Source: Candidatus Poribacteria bacterium
Lineage (GTDB): Bacteria; Poribacteria; WGA-4E; WGA-3G
Direction: 5' to 3'
DNA length: 64,000 nt
Assembly (NCBI GenBank): GCA_965205015.1
Contig: OZ242029.1
Span: 4,960,001-5,024,000, forward strand
A program made the position numbers and the translations under genes. The notes beneath the pieces are model-generated. The model searched no databases and was not told the origin of the DNA. It saw nothing but the letters and a program-made list of their open reading frames with translations. This document shows positions 9,601-19,995 of this stretch, piece by piece (position 1 is the first letter of the stretch; the number at the start of each line of letters is the position of its first letter).

Positions 9601-11511
9601 TTAAAAAATCCCATTTATAAACAGAACTGCGCGTGTCAGGTCGCCTTCCTGAAAACCGGTGGCGTAGAGAATACTCGTTTCGTCAATATAGGTATACTGA
9701 TTCTTGCCGAAGAAACCTGTGATTTCAAAATTCAAGCGGAACGTCCGACTTAAGTCGTAATGTATTCCCGCCCCCCAGTCAGAGAGATTCGCACTGAAGT
9801 CGAAGAAGCGGTAATTGAAACTGTCGAGGGCATCGTTGATGAAATCCACGCGAATGAGGCTAAAATATGCAAAAGCCCGCGCTTCCCGATAATTATAGAG
9901 ACTCTGATCGCGGATCCACGTAAAGTCCAACTGGATGCGATCGTCCCACGAGTTTTCAGTCGCCCGATCATCTTGATTGAAGCGTCCGCGGAAGTCCTCA
10001 AAATCTCTTGCCCGGTAATAACTTGTATCCGTCATTCGAACGTAAGTGAGCCGATTCGACACGGCGATGCGGTAGGCTTCATTGAGATCGTAAGAGAAAA
10101 TCAAATTTGCGTGTGCGGCATCCCGAATAATCTGTTCATCAAAATCGGATTTGGTATAGAGATCGGCGTCCAAATCATCCTGATTGTCAATTTCAACATC
10201 GTGTAGGTCGCGTGTATAACGGAGTTTGAGTTCCGTCTGGAACAGTGAAGAGATCAATGACGTAGTCGGTGCGTATTTCCGAAACCGTAATTCTGCTGGA
10301 TTCAGATAGTAAAGATTCCCACGTCTGTCAATGCCTTTGAGTTGGAGCGCAACATCGGTTTCAATCTCTCGCCGAAACGGGATAAGCAACTTCTGTGTAT
10401 AAGCCCCATCTGTGGTAAACCGTTGGATACGCCGTAGCCGATAGCGGAACAGCCTTGTATCGCCATCGTAGCGTCGCGTCGGATCGTCAAGTCGTTTCGG
10501 GAGCGTCGAGGCGAAGTCCTTTAAATACTTCGCTGTATCGGCGATAAGAAGTGTTCCATCTGTTAATGCGGCTATCCGAAAAGGTGCGATAAATTCCCCA
10601 GCGGCGTCGCCATACGTGCCAAAGGCACGCTCGAACTTCCCATCAGCATTATACTTGAGTATCCGATGCCCCTTTTCATCAACAACATAGAGATTCCCAG
10701 CTTCATCCACCGTCATATCGGCGGGATGTGCGATGTGTCCTGCGCCGGGTTGGTCAAGGAGATAACGGGCAACTGTCTTGCCATTCGCATCCAGTTTGAC
10801 GATAAGTTTATTCGGGACATCGCTGTCGCACACATAGAGATTATTGTGAACGTCGATCGTTAGTAAAAATTCTCGTTTCGTGTTTCCCTGTGGAATAATC
10901 AGGGCATAATTACCATCTGCATCCAAACCGGGGGCAGCGGCTTCAAGAGGCTTTATCCGCTGGCTCAGATCTTGAATCGGATAACTTGCGACGTATGCCC
11001 CGAGGGCATCAAACTTATGGATACACGGACCGTAGTTGAAGATTTTGGGGGCCTGCGCTTCTGGTAGGCTTGCGTCTTCGGAGGTCCCGCGATCCCGCTC
11101 ATCGTGATTTGCCCCGAAACTTGTGCTTTGCTGTCTTGTATCGGCGTCGAGTTTCGGATCAAGCGCCTCCGCCGAAATCTCCACGAACATCCAGTCCATT
11201 ACATAGATACTACTATCCGCGCCGATAGCGATAGCGGTAGGGTTAATAAACCGAAACTCACGCTCCGCCGTCATCTGGATGTCAAAGACAAAAACCCCCA
11301 TTTCATTGAACTTCTGGATCCGGAAGTTATCTGTATCGGTTACATACATGGCACCGTCAGGTCCAAACGCCATGAACAAGGTTTTTGCGAATTGTGCTTC
11401 ACCGGCTCCTTTTCCCCCAAACGCATTAACAAATTTGAATTCCTGCGCGGCGTTTATGTGTATTGGAAGCAAGAGTAGCAGACAAAGCATTATATTTTTG
11501 AAATTAAACAT
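9601..11511 (-). CDS. Secreted NHL-repeat protein with a predicted C-terminal outer-membrane beta-barrel
   Basis: Signal peptide; NHL repeats (YVTDTDNFRIQKF, YVVDEKGHRILKY); the last ~210 aa show alternating amphipathic strands and end in Phe. Confidence 0.65.
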   Translation of the reverse strand: MFNFKNIMLCLLLLLPIHINAAQEFKFVNAFGGKGAGEAQFAKTLFMAFGPDGAMYVTDTDNFRIQKFNEMGVFVFDIQMTAEREFRFINPTAIAIGADSSIYVMDWMFVEISAEALDPKLDADTRQQSTSFGANHDERDRGTSEDASLPEAQAPKIFNYGPCIHKFDALGAYVASYPIQDLSQRIKPLEAAAPGLDADGNYALIIPQGNTKREFLLTIDVHNNLYVCDSDVPNKLIVKLDANGKTVARYLLDQPGAGHIAHPADMTVDEAGNLYVVDEKGHRILKYNADGKFERAFGTYGDAAGEFIAPFRIAALTDGTLLIADTAKYLKDFASTLPKRLDDPTRRYDGDTRLFRYRLRRIQRFTTDGAYTQKLLIPFRREIETDVALQLKGIDRRGNLYYLNPAELRFRKYAPTTSLISSLFQTELKLRYTRDLHDVEIDNQDDLDADLYTKSDFDEQIIRDAAHANLIFSYDLNEAYRIAVSNRLTYVRMTDTSYYRARDFEDFRGRFNQDDRATENSWDDRIQLDFTWIRDQSLYNYREARAFAYFSLIRVDFINDALDSFNYRFFDFSANLSDWGAGIHYDLSRTFRLNFEITGFFGKNQYTYIDETSILYATGFQEGDLTRAVLFINGIF

Positions 11512-11585
11512 TTGCTACTTTTATACGATCCCTAAATCTTTCTTATGCTTTATGACATAGTATCTATTCTGTAATTAGATGTTTT

Positions 11586-12002
11586 TTATTCAGAGGTATC
11601 AGGACATTTTTTTCGGATATTGTCCAAGACCCCATTGATAAATTTAGGGGAGTCCGGGGTGCTGTAGGATTTAGCAATCTCAACAGCCTCGTTGATCGAG
11701 GTTGCCGGATCAATATCGTCGAGATAGAGGATCTCATAAGCTGCACATCGCAGGATAGAGAGATCGACGACAGGCATTCGGTGGAGTTTCCAATTTTTGG
11801 ATGTGTCTTGAAGGATTGTATCAATTGCCGCCAGATGCGCAGTCGTGCCTTCAACAAGTTCCAGAGCGAAAGGTCGGAGTTCTACCGATGTGTCTTGACT
11901 TTGCCAAAACCGTTCCATAACGCTTGGTGCTGGCGCGGCGGTGAGTTGAATCTGATACAGTATTTGCATCGCAACGATGCGAGATTGTCTACGTGAAGGC
12001 AT
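11586..12002 (-). CDS. nusB: Transcription antitermination factor NusB
   Basis: RRQSRIVAMQILYQ, NWKLHRMPVVDLSILR, INEAVEIAKSY, FINGVLD. Confidence 0.97.
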   Translation of the reverse strand: MPSRRQSRIVAMQILYQIQLTAAPAPSVMERFWQSQDTSVELRPFALELVEGTTAHLAAIDTILQDTSKNWKLHRMPVVDLSILRCAAYEILYLDDIDPATSINEAVEIAKSYSTPDSPKFINGVLDNIRKKCPDTSE

Positions 12003-12070
12003 GATGCGTCCTGGCTTTCCAATTTCAAAGTGTTAACGCGTGCAGACTTTCTGCGTATACGCTACTTTGT

Positions 12071-12099
12071 ATTATACACAGTTTCGGAGGGCATGTCAA
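12071..12099 (-). promoter_or_regulatory. Consensus sigma70 promoter for nusB
   Basis: Minus strand reads TTGACA-N17-TATAAT. Confidence 0.85.
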
Positions 12100-12180
12100 A
12101 TAAAACTCCAGAGACGTTCGGTTTTCTTGCGGGTGCAATCTCCGAAACGCCTTGCTTAACCCTCGTACACGTGTTAGGAC

Positions 12181-14730
12181 CTAACCCAGAAGCGTATTAA
12201 AAAACAACTTAAACGTCCCACGGGTTTGTGCCCGGAACTGCGGTCGAAATCCGAAAAGAATGACGCGTCCCGCCCCATATTGCGCCGAGACCAGAGCCGC
12301 CTGTTCCGCGAGGTGGTCTTCACCGACAAGCCAACCGCTTTTCAAGAGAGCCCTTTCTGGATATTGAACAACGCGCTCGTATCTTTCGCTGAAGCGTGAG
12401 TGTTGAATCTCGAATGCCGGGCTATCCCAGAACAGTATGAGCGTTTCATCAGGCATACCGTACCCGAGCGGGTGATTTGTGTCAACAGTCGCTTTCAATG
12501 TCGAGCCGGGACAGAAGAACGACTTCGACGACGTCCCTTTAAGGGTATTGCTGACCTTCAAATCCAATTTCTCAATCGCAAACTCACACGCCTCGTTAAG
12601 GGCAAGTAGCGTTCCGCCTTCCTCGACGAACTGCTTAATCGCTTTGACCCCTTCCTCACCGATGCCGCTCCGGTAGGCTGGCGGCACGTCGAACTCCTTC
12701 GATTCATCTTCGTCGGCTTCGTCCTTTTCCGCTTTGCCGACGATGCTGTGGGTCGCGTCGCTGGGGAGTATGAAAACGTCAAGCCGCTGACGCAGGTCGC
12801 CACTCGTGATGTCATCGTCTTTCAACGTCTGATAGGAGAATCCGAACTGCTCGAGGACCAATCGCGTCCAACCTTCATCCATATTGCCCCCGTGGTATCG
12901 CTGGTACATACCGATGCGCAATTGCTGGACATCATGCCGGGGGACCGAAAGTTCCTGTTCTAAGGCATAGAACGTGACGCCGGAATCGAGCGTGAACTCC
13001 TCAAGTGCCTCTTTTGATTCAGCGGGGACCACAAACGCTCCGGGTGGAAATTGCGTATCGCCGACTTCAATTGCTTCATCAACCCGTATGACTTGGATGT
13101 CTCGCGCCAGCAACGCGTTGGCAAGTCTGAAGCTTTCGTTGAGTCGTCCGTCGAAGATATAGCCAAATTCTGATTCGCCAACCCGTCTCCCCGTGGGCTG
13201 CTCGGGGGTTGTGAGCAGATCGAAAATAGCGTCATCGCACGCCAAAGCATTGACAGGTTCGACATTCACCCCCATAAACTCTGCGATTGTGTCTGTCGCT
13301 GTGTCATAGGGTCGATTTGGTGTACCGTCTGGCGTGCGTGTCCAAGCGTCATCCGGGAAAAAGGTCTGTCCGAGCAAGGTTTTAATGATCGCCATTTTCG
13401 GTTGATTGAGGAAAATGGCGTATGTACCCGCCGGATAGGTTAAATCATTGACGGTGAAGGCTTGCGTTGCTTTCTGGATGTCAATGCCCTGGGCAAGCAG
13501 TTTATTAATCAGATCCACGACGGTTAAGGTATCATGCTGTATCGGACGGATGAGATATGCGTTCGGCGTCCCCGTTGCACCACGCGCCGTCTGCCGCTTC
13601 GCTTTCAGATAGGCGTTCGACAGGATGGTATCCCTGTGCCGTGCGGCTAAATCCAGCAACCCCCACGCTGCAATCTTCTGTTGCTCGACGATGTCGCGTA
13701 ATCGCCACCAACCGCCCAGCCATGGATGCGGAAAATTGGTCTGCGGTTTATAATGCGGAAACGCTCTGAGGCGTCCGGCTTGGGATTGTAATTGTCCCTT
13801 GTGGATATACAGAGGGGTCGCCAACTTGGTGTGTGCAGATTCAGTCAAGATGCTGGCGATGTTGTGATAATTCCCAATCCAGTGGAAGCCGAGGTGACTC
13901 CACGCTGGAAATTGTGCGGCATTCAGGACACCTGTCTTCCCGGCTTCCTCGAGTCTATATGCCATGTGGGCTCCGTACCAACTGATTTCCCGCCAGACGA
14001 GTGGGTCGGCGTGCGGGTGAATCGGTTCACAATAAGGCGCGAGGTAGAGGCGTGCCCCGTAACTCCCCATCTCGTGGTGGTCTTGGAACACTTGTGGGTG
14101 CCACTCCTGAAACAGTATCCGTGCGACGTATTGCGATTCAACCAGATTCAACATAAAGGCGTCCCGGTTGTTGTCGTGCCCGGCATATTTATGGTAAAGC
14201 CACGGCAGCTCACAGCCCTCGTACTCGGTATCGAGGTATTTGTTGTACCAATCCGTTGTCATGATCAGACCGTCCGGGTTCAGGCAGGGAAACATCAGGA
14301 AAATGACATTATCGAGAATGCGTTGGGTTTCGGCATCCGTTCCGGTTATCAAATCGTAGGTGAGTTCCGATGCCATCTGCGTGCTTCCGATCTCCGTGGC
14401 GTGAATTCCCATTGACTGACAGATCACGACCTTTCCCTCGCCGATCAAAGCCCTCGCTGCGTCCTCCGAGAGTCCTCGGGCGTCGCTTATTTGGGCGTTG
14501 ACGGCTTGCAGACGCGCTAAATTCGCCAGATTTTGTGGCGATGAGATGAACGCCAACAGAAACGGGTTCCCTTCAGTGGAGGGTCCCATATCAATGACTT
14601 GCAGGCAGTCGCTCTCCTGCTCTAACAGCCGCAAGTACGCAACGATTTTGTCCCAAGCGGCGATCTTACGGTCAGAGCCAAGTTGGAATCCAAAGAATGC
14701 TTCGGGGGGAGTCACTTGATTGTTCATCAT
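12181..14730 (-). CDS. M14-family zinc carboxypeptidase with C-terminal class I glutamine amidotransferase-like domain
   Basis: GIHATE, NPDG, HDNNRD and DHHEMG motifs; C-terminal DEGWTR and GRVILFGFRPQFR. Start ATG14730 follows GAGGAG. Confidence 0.88.
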   Translation of the reverse strand: MMNNQVTPPEAFFGFQLGSDRKIAAWDKIVAYLRLLEQESDCLQVIDMGPSTEGNPFLLAFISSPQNLANLARLQAVNAQISDARGLSEDAARALIGEGKVVICQSMGIHATEIGSTQMASELTYDLITGTDAETQRILDNVIFLMFPCLNPDGLIMTTDWYNKYLDTEYEGCELPWLYHKYAGHDNNRDAFMLNLVESQYVARILFQEWHPQVFQDHHEMGSYGARLYLAPYCEPIHPHADPLVWREISWYGAHMAYRLEEAGKTGVLNAAQFPAWSHLGFHWIGNYHNIASILTESAHTKLATPLYIHKGQLQSQAGRLRAFPHYKPQTNFPHPWLGGWWRLRDIVEQQKIAAWGLLDLAARHRDTILSNAYLKAKRQTARGATGTPNAYLIRPIQHDTLTVVDLINKLLAQGIDIQKATQAFTVNDLTYPAGTYAIFLNQPKMAIIKTLLGQTFFPDDAWTRTPDGTPNRPYDTATDTIAEFMGVNVEPVNALACDDAIFDLLTTPEQPTGRRVGESEFGYIFDGRLNESFRLANALLARDIQVIRVDEAIEVGDTQFPPGAFVVPAESKEALEEFTLDSGVTFYALEQELSVPRHDVQQLRIGMYQRYHGGNMDEGWTRLVLEQFGFSYQTLKDDDITSGDLRQRLDVFILPSDATHSIVGKAEKDEADEDESKEFDVPPAYRSGIGEEGVKAIKQFVEEGGTLLALNEACEFAIEKLDLKVSNTLKGTSSKSFFCPGSTLKATVDTNHPLGYGMPDETLILFWDSPAFEIQHSRFSERYERVVQYPERALLKSGWLVGEDHLAEQAALVSAQYGAGRVILFGFRPQFRAQTRGTFKLFFNTLLG

Positions 14731-14963
14731 ATCTCCTCTTTTGATGGTTGGTGCTTGAGAATACCGGCATTCAGATTGTATCACGATCCCTTGAAAAATT
14801 GAACAGAAATTCTTAACAGGACGGACGCCGTTCAGCGATCACATCTTAGTTCTATCTTGCTCTGATGTTCGGTATTGGATTCAAGATGCAGGCGTTCAGG
14901 GATTCACGTTAAACGCATAATCACACCTACCCGCAAAAATGTTCCTTAAATTTCAAATTTTAC

Positions 14964-15116
14964 TATAGTAACCTAAGTTGCCCCCTTATGGAAAATAAGC
15001 AAGAATTGTAGGGATAGGACCCCATAGAGAACCAGAATTAGAGGAAATTCCTTGTATTTTTAAACGAAAATGCCATATCCCTGTCTAAAACGTTGTAAGT
15101 CGCAATTTGGGTTATA
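14964..15116. mobile_element. Probable degenerate MITE with TA-ended imperfect TIRs
   Basis: TATAGTAACCTAAGTTGC (14964-14981) versus GCAATTTGGGTTATA (15102-15116). Confidence 0.5.
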
Positions 15117-15144
15117 AAAAAAGCGTTTACACTGCTTGAAATAC

Positions 15145-15173
15145 TTGACAATTCCGTGAAAAACTTTTAGAAT
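15145..15173 (+). promoter_or_regulatory. sigma70 promoter for the ggt-SDR operon
   Basis: TTGACA-N17-TAGAAT. Confidence 0.8.
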
Positions 15174-15208
15174 TCCGCGTATTAACCTTCAGCGAAAGGA
15201 ACAAACTT

Positions 15209-16810
15209 GTGAATTTACATAAACGGGACTATGGGACCGTCGCTGGACCCCACCCCCGCACTGCGCAAGCGGGGTTTGAAATGCTCCTTGCGGGTGGAAA
15301 CGCCGTTGATGCCGCTGTTGCCGCTGCCTTTGCAGAGGGTGTTGTGGAACCCTCTCACAACGGTATCGCGGGTTACGGGGGTTGCGTGCTTATCTATCGC
15401 AAGAAAACGGAAGATGTCATCGCGATAGACTATAACACTGCCGCTCCGGCTGCCACCTCTGAGGATATGTTTACGATTGAAGATGCTCCAGATACAGTTG
15501 CGGGGTACCGAGTCCCGGGACGCGTAAACGTTCATGGACCGTTGTCTATTGGAATACCGGGGGTCGTCGCTGGTTTGTGCTTGGCTTTAGAGGCGTTCGG
15601 AAGCCTACCACTCCCGGAAGTACTCCGACCCGCCATCAATTCTGCCCGCTACGGCTATGCGCCGAACAGTGCGAATCGCGGCGGGATGGCAGGAAATGCC
15701 GAACGATGGAAACAGGACTTCCCCGAAACGGCACGTGTTTTTCTGAAAAATGGTAGAGCACCGAAGAAAGGGGAAAAACTCACTAACCCCGAACTCGCGC
15801 GAACCTTGGAGGCGGTCGCTGAAGGCGGACATGCCGCATTCTATGAAGGTGCAATCGCTGAAACAATTGCAAACCACATTCAGGCATTAGGCGGATGCCT
15901 CACCGTGGACGACCTCAAGAACTACCGTCCTTTCATCACAGAACCCTACAAAATTCAGTATCGAGGCTACTCGGTCTATACGGCACCCCTCGGCGCAGGC
16001 GGACTGACCACCTTACAGATGCTCCGGTTGGTAGAGGCATTTGACATAGCGGCGATGTCCGTCTCTGAACGGTTTCACCTTTTCGCTGAAGCCATGAAAA
16101 TCTGTTGGCCCGAAAGACTCCGCCGATTCGGGGACCCCACTTTCGTGGACATAGATATCGAAACGGAACTCTCCGATAACTTCACCGCTGCACTCAGCGA
16201 AAAACTGAAGGCGGGACTTGAATCGCCGCAACCAGGGGAGGTCGTCTACCACGAACCGATGAACTGTACGAGTCACATCTCGACTGCGGATGCGCACGGG
16301 AATATGGTCTCCCTTACACAAACGCACGGGGGTGGATTCGGCTCAATGGTAACAGTACCAGGCACAGGACTCCTTTTCGGACACGGTGTCGGACGTTTCG
16401 ATCCCCGACCGGGAATTGCGAACTCCGTGGGCCCCGGCAAACGTCCACTTCACAACATGGCTCCGTTTCTCGCTACGCGGGACGGTAAACCCTTCGCTAC
16501 TTACGGTATCCCCGGCGGCAGAACTATCCCGAACAATCAGTTTAACATCAGCGTTAGTCTTATAGATTTACAAATCTCAATGCAGCAAGCACTCGATGCC
16601 CCACGGTTCCACTCCGATGGTGCCGAACCGATTCAAGTCGAATCTCGCGCCGGTGAAGATGTGCTCGCAGCGTTAAGAGACCTCGGACACGAGGTCACAC
16701 CAAGTGCGGGTATTGGAGGTCCAGGACACGGGGTTCGCGTCTGGAACGATGGAACGCATCATGACGGTGGGACGGATCCGCGCGGTGAAGGTAAAGTAAT
16801 GACGAAATAA
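15209..16810 (+). CDS. ggt: Gamma-glutamyltransferase family protein (no signal peptide)
   Basis: GGNAVDAAVA; nucleophile Thr in CTSHIS; GPGKRP; DPRG near the C-terminus. Confidence 0.9.
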   Translation: MNLHKRDYGTVAGPHPRTAQAGFEMLLAGGNAVDAAVAAAFAEGVVEPSHNGIAGYGGCVLIYRKKTEDVIAIDYNTAAPAATSEDMFTIEDAPDTVAGYRVPGRVNVHGPLSIGIPGVVAGLCLALEAFGSLPLPEVLRPAINSARYGYAPNSANRGGMAGNAERWKQDFPETARVFLKNGRAPKKGEKLTNPELARTLEAVAEGGHAAFYEGAIAETIANHIQALGGCLTVDDLKNYRPFITEPYKIQYRGYSVYTAPLGAGGLTTLQMLRLVEAFDIAAMSVSERFHLFAEAMKICWPERLRRFGDPTFVDIDIETELSDNFTAALSEKLKAGLESPQPGEVVYHEPMNCTSHISTADAHGNMVSLTQTHGGGFGSMVTVPGTGLLFGHGVGRFDPRPGIANSVGPGKRPLHNMAPFLATRDGKPFATYGIPGGRTIPNNQFNISVSLIDLQISMQQALDAPRFHSDGAEPIQVESRAGEDVLAALRDLGHEVTPSAGIGGPGHGVRVWNDGTHHDGGTDPRGEGKVMTK

Positions 16811-16825
16811 CAGGAGAATCTGGCA

Positions 16826-17614
16826 ATGGCTTTCTGTAACGATGCACTCGCTGGACGACATATCGTTATCTCCGGTGGGTGCGGAGCGATCGGACTCGGA
16901 ATCATCAAAAAATTAATGGCGCACGGCGCAAATGTAACGGTGAACGACATCCTGTCGGATCAACAAGCAACAGACCGACTCAGTCAGAACGGCATTGACA
17001 TATCGAAAACGAACTATGTTAAGGCAGATCTGACGGATACCAATGAAACCGATATACTGGTAGATACTGCCCGTGAACGGTTCGGACCCATCCACGTCGC
17101 GCTATGCCATATCGGTATGGTGATTCCGAAACCGTTGTTGGACTACACAGCAGAAGAGTGGGATGAGACCATGGCAGTCAATGTGCGGACAGCGTTCTTA
17201 TTGGGCAGTGCCGCATCCCGTTCAATGCTGGAAGATGGCATTAAAGGACACCTCATTTTTACGACATCTTGGGTCGCTGATGTGCCGTGGCCCGAGATTG
17301 GACCGTATAACGCAAGCAAGGCGGCGATGAAGCAGCTCATGCGTTCCTTCGCACGGGAGCTCGCCGACAAAGGGATCCGCGCCAACGCAGTCGCACCCGG
17401 GATCGTCAGCGTCGGGCTTGCAAAGCAGCAGTGGGATACGGATCCAACTTATCGCGCTCGAGCACAGAAAGCCATTCCTCTTGGCGTTATGCAACCGCTG
17501 GATTCGGTGGCAGACGCCTTTCTGTTTTTGTGCAGCACCGCTGCAGATTATATGACGGGAACAGTGCTACTCGTAGATGGCGGATGTAGCCTGTATCCAA
17601 TGGATGATGCATAA
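16826..17614 (+). CDS. Short-chain dehydrogenase/reductase
   Basis: SGGCGAIG, YNASK, NAVAPG, VDGG. Confidence 0.9.
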   Translation: MAFCNDALAGRHIVISGGCGAIGLGIIKKLMAHGANVTVNDILSDQQATDRLSQNGIDISKTNYVKADLTDTNETDILVDTARERFGPIHVALCHIGMVIPKPLLDYTAEEWDETMAVNVRTAFLLGSAASRSMLEDGIKGHLIFTTSWVADVPWPEIGPYNASKAAMKQLMRSFARELADKGIRANAVAPGIVSVGLAKQQWDTDPTYRARAQKAIPLGVMQPLDSVADAFLFLCSTAADYMTGTVLLVDGGCSLYPMDDA

Positions 17615-17680
17615 TCCGCCAAGGATAGATACAATAAATTTTCGCGTGCTTCGTAAAATGCACGCAAAGATGGAGGAATT

Positions 17681-18001
17681 ATGTCACAATTTGTAAAAGC
17701 CGCAACAACCGATCAGATTCAGCCGGGTAAATGTATTGGCGTGAAAGTCGAAGGCGTTTTCATCGGCATCTACAATGTGAAGGGTGAGTATTACGCCATG
17801 AACAACATCTGTCCACATCTCGGCGGGGTTTTGAGTTACGGCTTTTTAGATAACAACTGTGTTACGTGTCCACTTCACATGTGGGAATTTGATGTGACGA
17901 CAGGCGAATGTGTGTGGCCCGGTGAGGAAAAACTACCCACCTACCCTGTTAAAGTGGAGGGTGAAGATATCCTTGTGAATGTGGAAACACCACTCTTGTA
18001 G
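17681..18001 (+). CDS. Rieske 2Fe-2S ferredoxin (NirD/dioxygenase-ferredoxin type)
   Basis: CPH...CPLH ligand motifs; 106 aa. Confidence 0.92.
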   Translation: MSQFVKAATTDQIQPGKCIGVKVEGVFIGIYNVKGEYYAMNNICPHLGGVLSYGFLDNNCVTCPLHMWEFDVTTGECVWPGEEKLPTYPVKVEGEDILVNVETPLL

Positions 18002-18024
18002 GGGCGAGGTTACCTCGCCTCTAC
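17998..18024 (+). repeat. GTAG-type REP palindrome overlapping the stop codon
   Basis: GTAGGGGCGAGGTTACCTCGCCTCTAC; a related copy lies at ~39508-39529. Confidence 0.7.
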
Positions 18025-18079
18025 TTGGTAGAACGGCGCGGTCGTTCGATCGCGCCTGTCGAAAAGAAGGAGAAAAATT

Positions 18080-19027
18080 ATGGCATATCTGCTCACCGGT
18101 GGCATGGGGTGCATCGGTACTTACGTCATCCGCGACCTATTGACCGCCGGTGAAAAGGTAGTCGTTTACGATTTTGCTTACGACCTGACGATCCCCAAAA
18201 TGGTCCTCACGGATGAACAACTTGAAGGGTTCACCTTTGTGCAGGGCGACATCACCGACTTGCCACACGTTTTGCGCACTATTCAAGAACATGAGATTGA
18301 TCGGGTCATCCATCTCGCCTCGTGGCAGGTACCGGCGTGCAACGCGAATCCACCAGAAGCGTTAAAGGTGGTTTGCGAAGGCACGATCAACATATTGGAA
18401 GCAGCGCGCATTTTCAAGCTCAAACGGGTTGTATGGGCAAGCAGTGTCGCAGTCTTCGGCGCACCCGAGGATTACAACCACGAACAGATTCTCAATGATG
18501 CCCCCCATTACCCGAAATTCATCTACGGAGCGTGCAAATCCCTCAACGAAAGATATGCGATGCACTATTTCGATGCCTACGGTGTCGATTCGATTGGGCT
18601 CCGGTTTACTGCTGTCTATGGGGTCGGTAGAACCCGTGGCATGAGTTCATTCACAACGCAAATGATCGAAGCAGTGGCGTTAGGCAAACCACACGTCTGT
18701 CCGTTCGGTGATGATGCTGTGGATTGGCAGTATGTAGAGGATGTCTCCCGTTCGATCGTGGTCGCTTGCACCTGCCCAACAACGCAGACCCGCGTCTTCA
18801 ATGTGAAGGGCGGTATCCGACCGGTCAAAGACGGCGTGGCGTACCTCAAGACGTTGGTGCCAGATGCACAGATTACGTTGGAGCCAGGGGTATTTGGAAT
18901 CTCGTGGGATTACGACGCGACACCTATCGCTGAGGAGATGGGATTTACGCCTGACTACACGATGGAAGAAGGGATTTTGAAAACGTTTAATCGTTTCCGG
19001 GAGCGTGCGGGGTTGGCGCTGATATAA
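18080..19027 (+). CDS. NAD-dependent epimerase/dehydratase (extended SDR)
   Basis: TGGMGCIG, GDITD, ASSVAVFG, YGACK. Confidence 0.9.
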   Translation: MAYLLTGGMGCIGTYVIRDLLTAGEKVVVYDFAYDLTIPKMVLTDEQLEGFTFVQGDITDLPHVLRTIQEHEIDRVIHLASWQVPACNANPPEALKVVCEGTINILEAARIFKLKRVVWASSVAVFGAPEDYNHEQILNDAPHYPKFIYGACKSLNERYAMHYFDAYGVDSIGLRFTAVYGVGRTRGMSSFTTQMIEAVALGKPHVCPFGDDAVDWQYVEDVSRSIVVACTCPTTQTRVFNVKGGIRPVKDGVAYLKTLVPDAQITLEPGVFGISWDYDATPIAEEMGFTPDYTMEEGILKTFNRFRERAGLALI

Positions 19028-19166
19028 CTGCTACAGGGTCAAAAACGTTCATTCTATTATAGAAAAGATTATGTAAGGCGCAATGAATTACGCTTCTACG
19101 AACCGGGGTCCCACCCGTTCCTGGAAAGGGACACCGCTTTATCGTCTGTCTGTGTAGGTCGTAAAA

Positions 19167-19995
19167 AATGAAAGAATGATGATGTTGTTCAATCCTTAGC
19201 CTAATAGTACTTTTTCATCTGTGCCCAAGTGACGGCTAACTTCCCGCGGGCATCAACAGATAGCACCCGTTCCCACGGGATATTCTTTCCTCTGGAATCG
19301 GCTTGATGTATATCATCAAAGTTTGGATGTCCCCATCCACCGCTATTGTTATCCACAACAACAATTTGGGCGGTCTTGCCTTGAAATTCGGAGACATCCC
19401 ACTCTGCCCGCGCCATCGTTTCGGTGTTGTTCCCCGTCGATGTCCGCACGACTTTCCCTTTAATCTCAAGGTTAACACTACACGGCGCGGGGTCATCCTT
19501 CCAGGGGTGATTGCCGCCCCCGATGAGGAAGTTCATCGTTTTTCCGATAATCGTGAACTCGATTGAGGTGAGGGTGCCTTGCGGTCCATCGCCCTGCGTG
19601 GCACCTGGATTCTGTCCGAGTTTTTTCCCTTTATCTGGACCTTGGTACTTTTCGTATAAACCTAACCACCAATCGCCTTGATGTTCAGAGGGCTGACCGC
19701 GGTTTCGGGCCGTTGGGTTATCTCCCCAGGTAGGTTGGAAATCGAAGGCAACGTCGTCTTTCTCCCAATCCGTGAGGTCGCCCGTCTCGAAGTCATTGTT
19801 AAACGCCCGTGCCGAGGCGATGTTAAGAGGCAGAACCAAGAGTATTAGGAGGACGGAGGGAATCATGAGCGGGAATACCATTTTTTTCATGAGATGCGTC
19901 TCCTTCTGTTTGTGAAAAGTTGTATGCTTCAGGTCATTTAGACAGGAACTTGTGAACACACGTCTGAAAGTTGAACAACATCATCACTTTTCATT
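19167..19995. repeat. Inverted repeat pair bracketing the gene at 19201-19890
   Basis: TGATGATGTTGTTCAA (19177-19192) and TTGAACAACATCATCA (19971-19986) are perfect complements; an outer AATGAAA/TTTCATT match extends them. Confidence 0.85.
19201..19890 (-). CDS. Secreted beta-sandwich (carbohydrate-binding-like) protein with C-terminal KLAVTW tail
   Basis: Signal peptide from ATG19890 (AAGGAG RBS); NNDFETGDLTDW; GTLTSIEF..NFLIGGG; ends SVDARGKLAVTWAQMKKYY. Confidence 0.7.
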   Translation of the reverse strand: MKKMVFPLMIPSVLLILLVLPLNIASARAFNNDFETGDLTDWEKDDVAFDFQPTWGDNPTARNRGQPSEHQGDWWLGLYEKYQGPDKGKKLGQNPGATQGDGPQGTLTSIEFTIIGKTMNFLIGGGNHPWKDDPAPCSVNLEIKGKVVRTSTGNNTETMARAEWDVSEFQGKTAQIVVVDNNSGGWGHPNFDDIHQADSRGKNIPWERVLSVDARGKLAVTWAQMKKYY

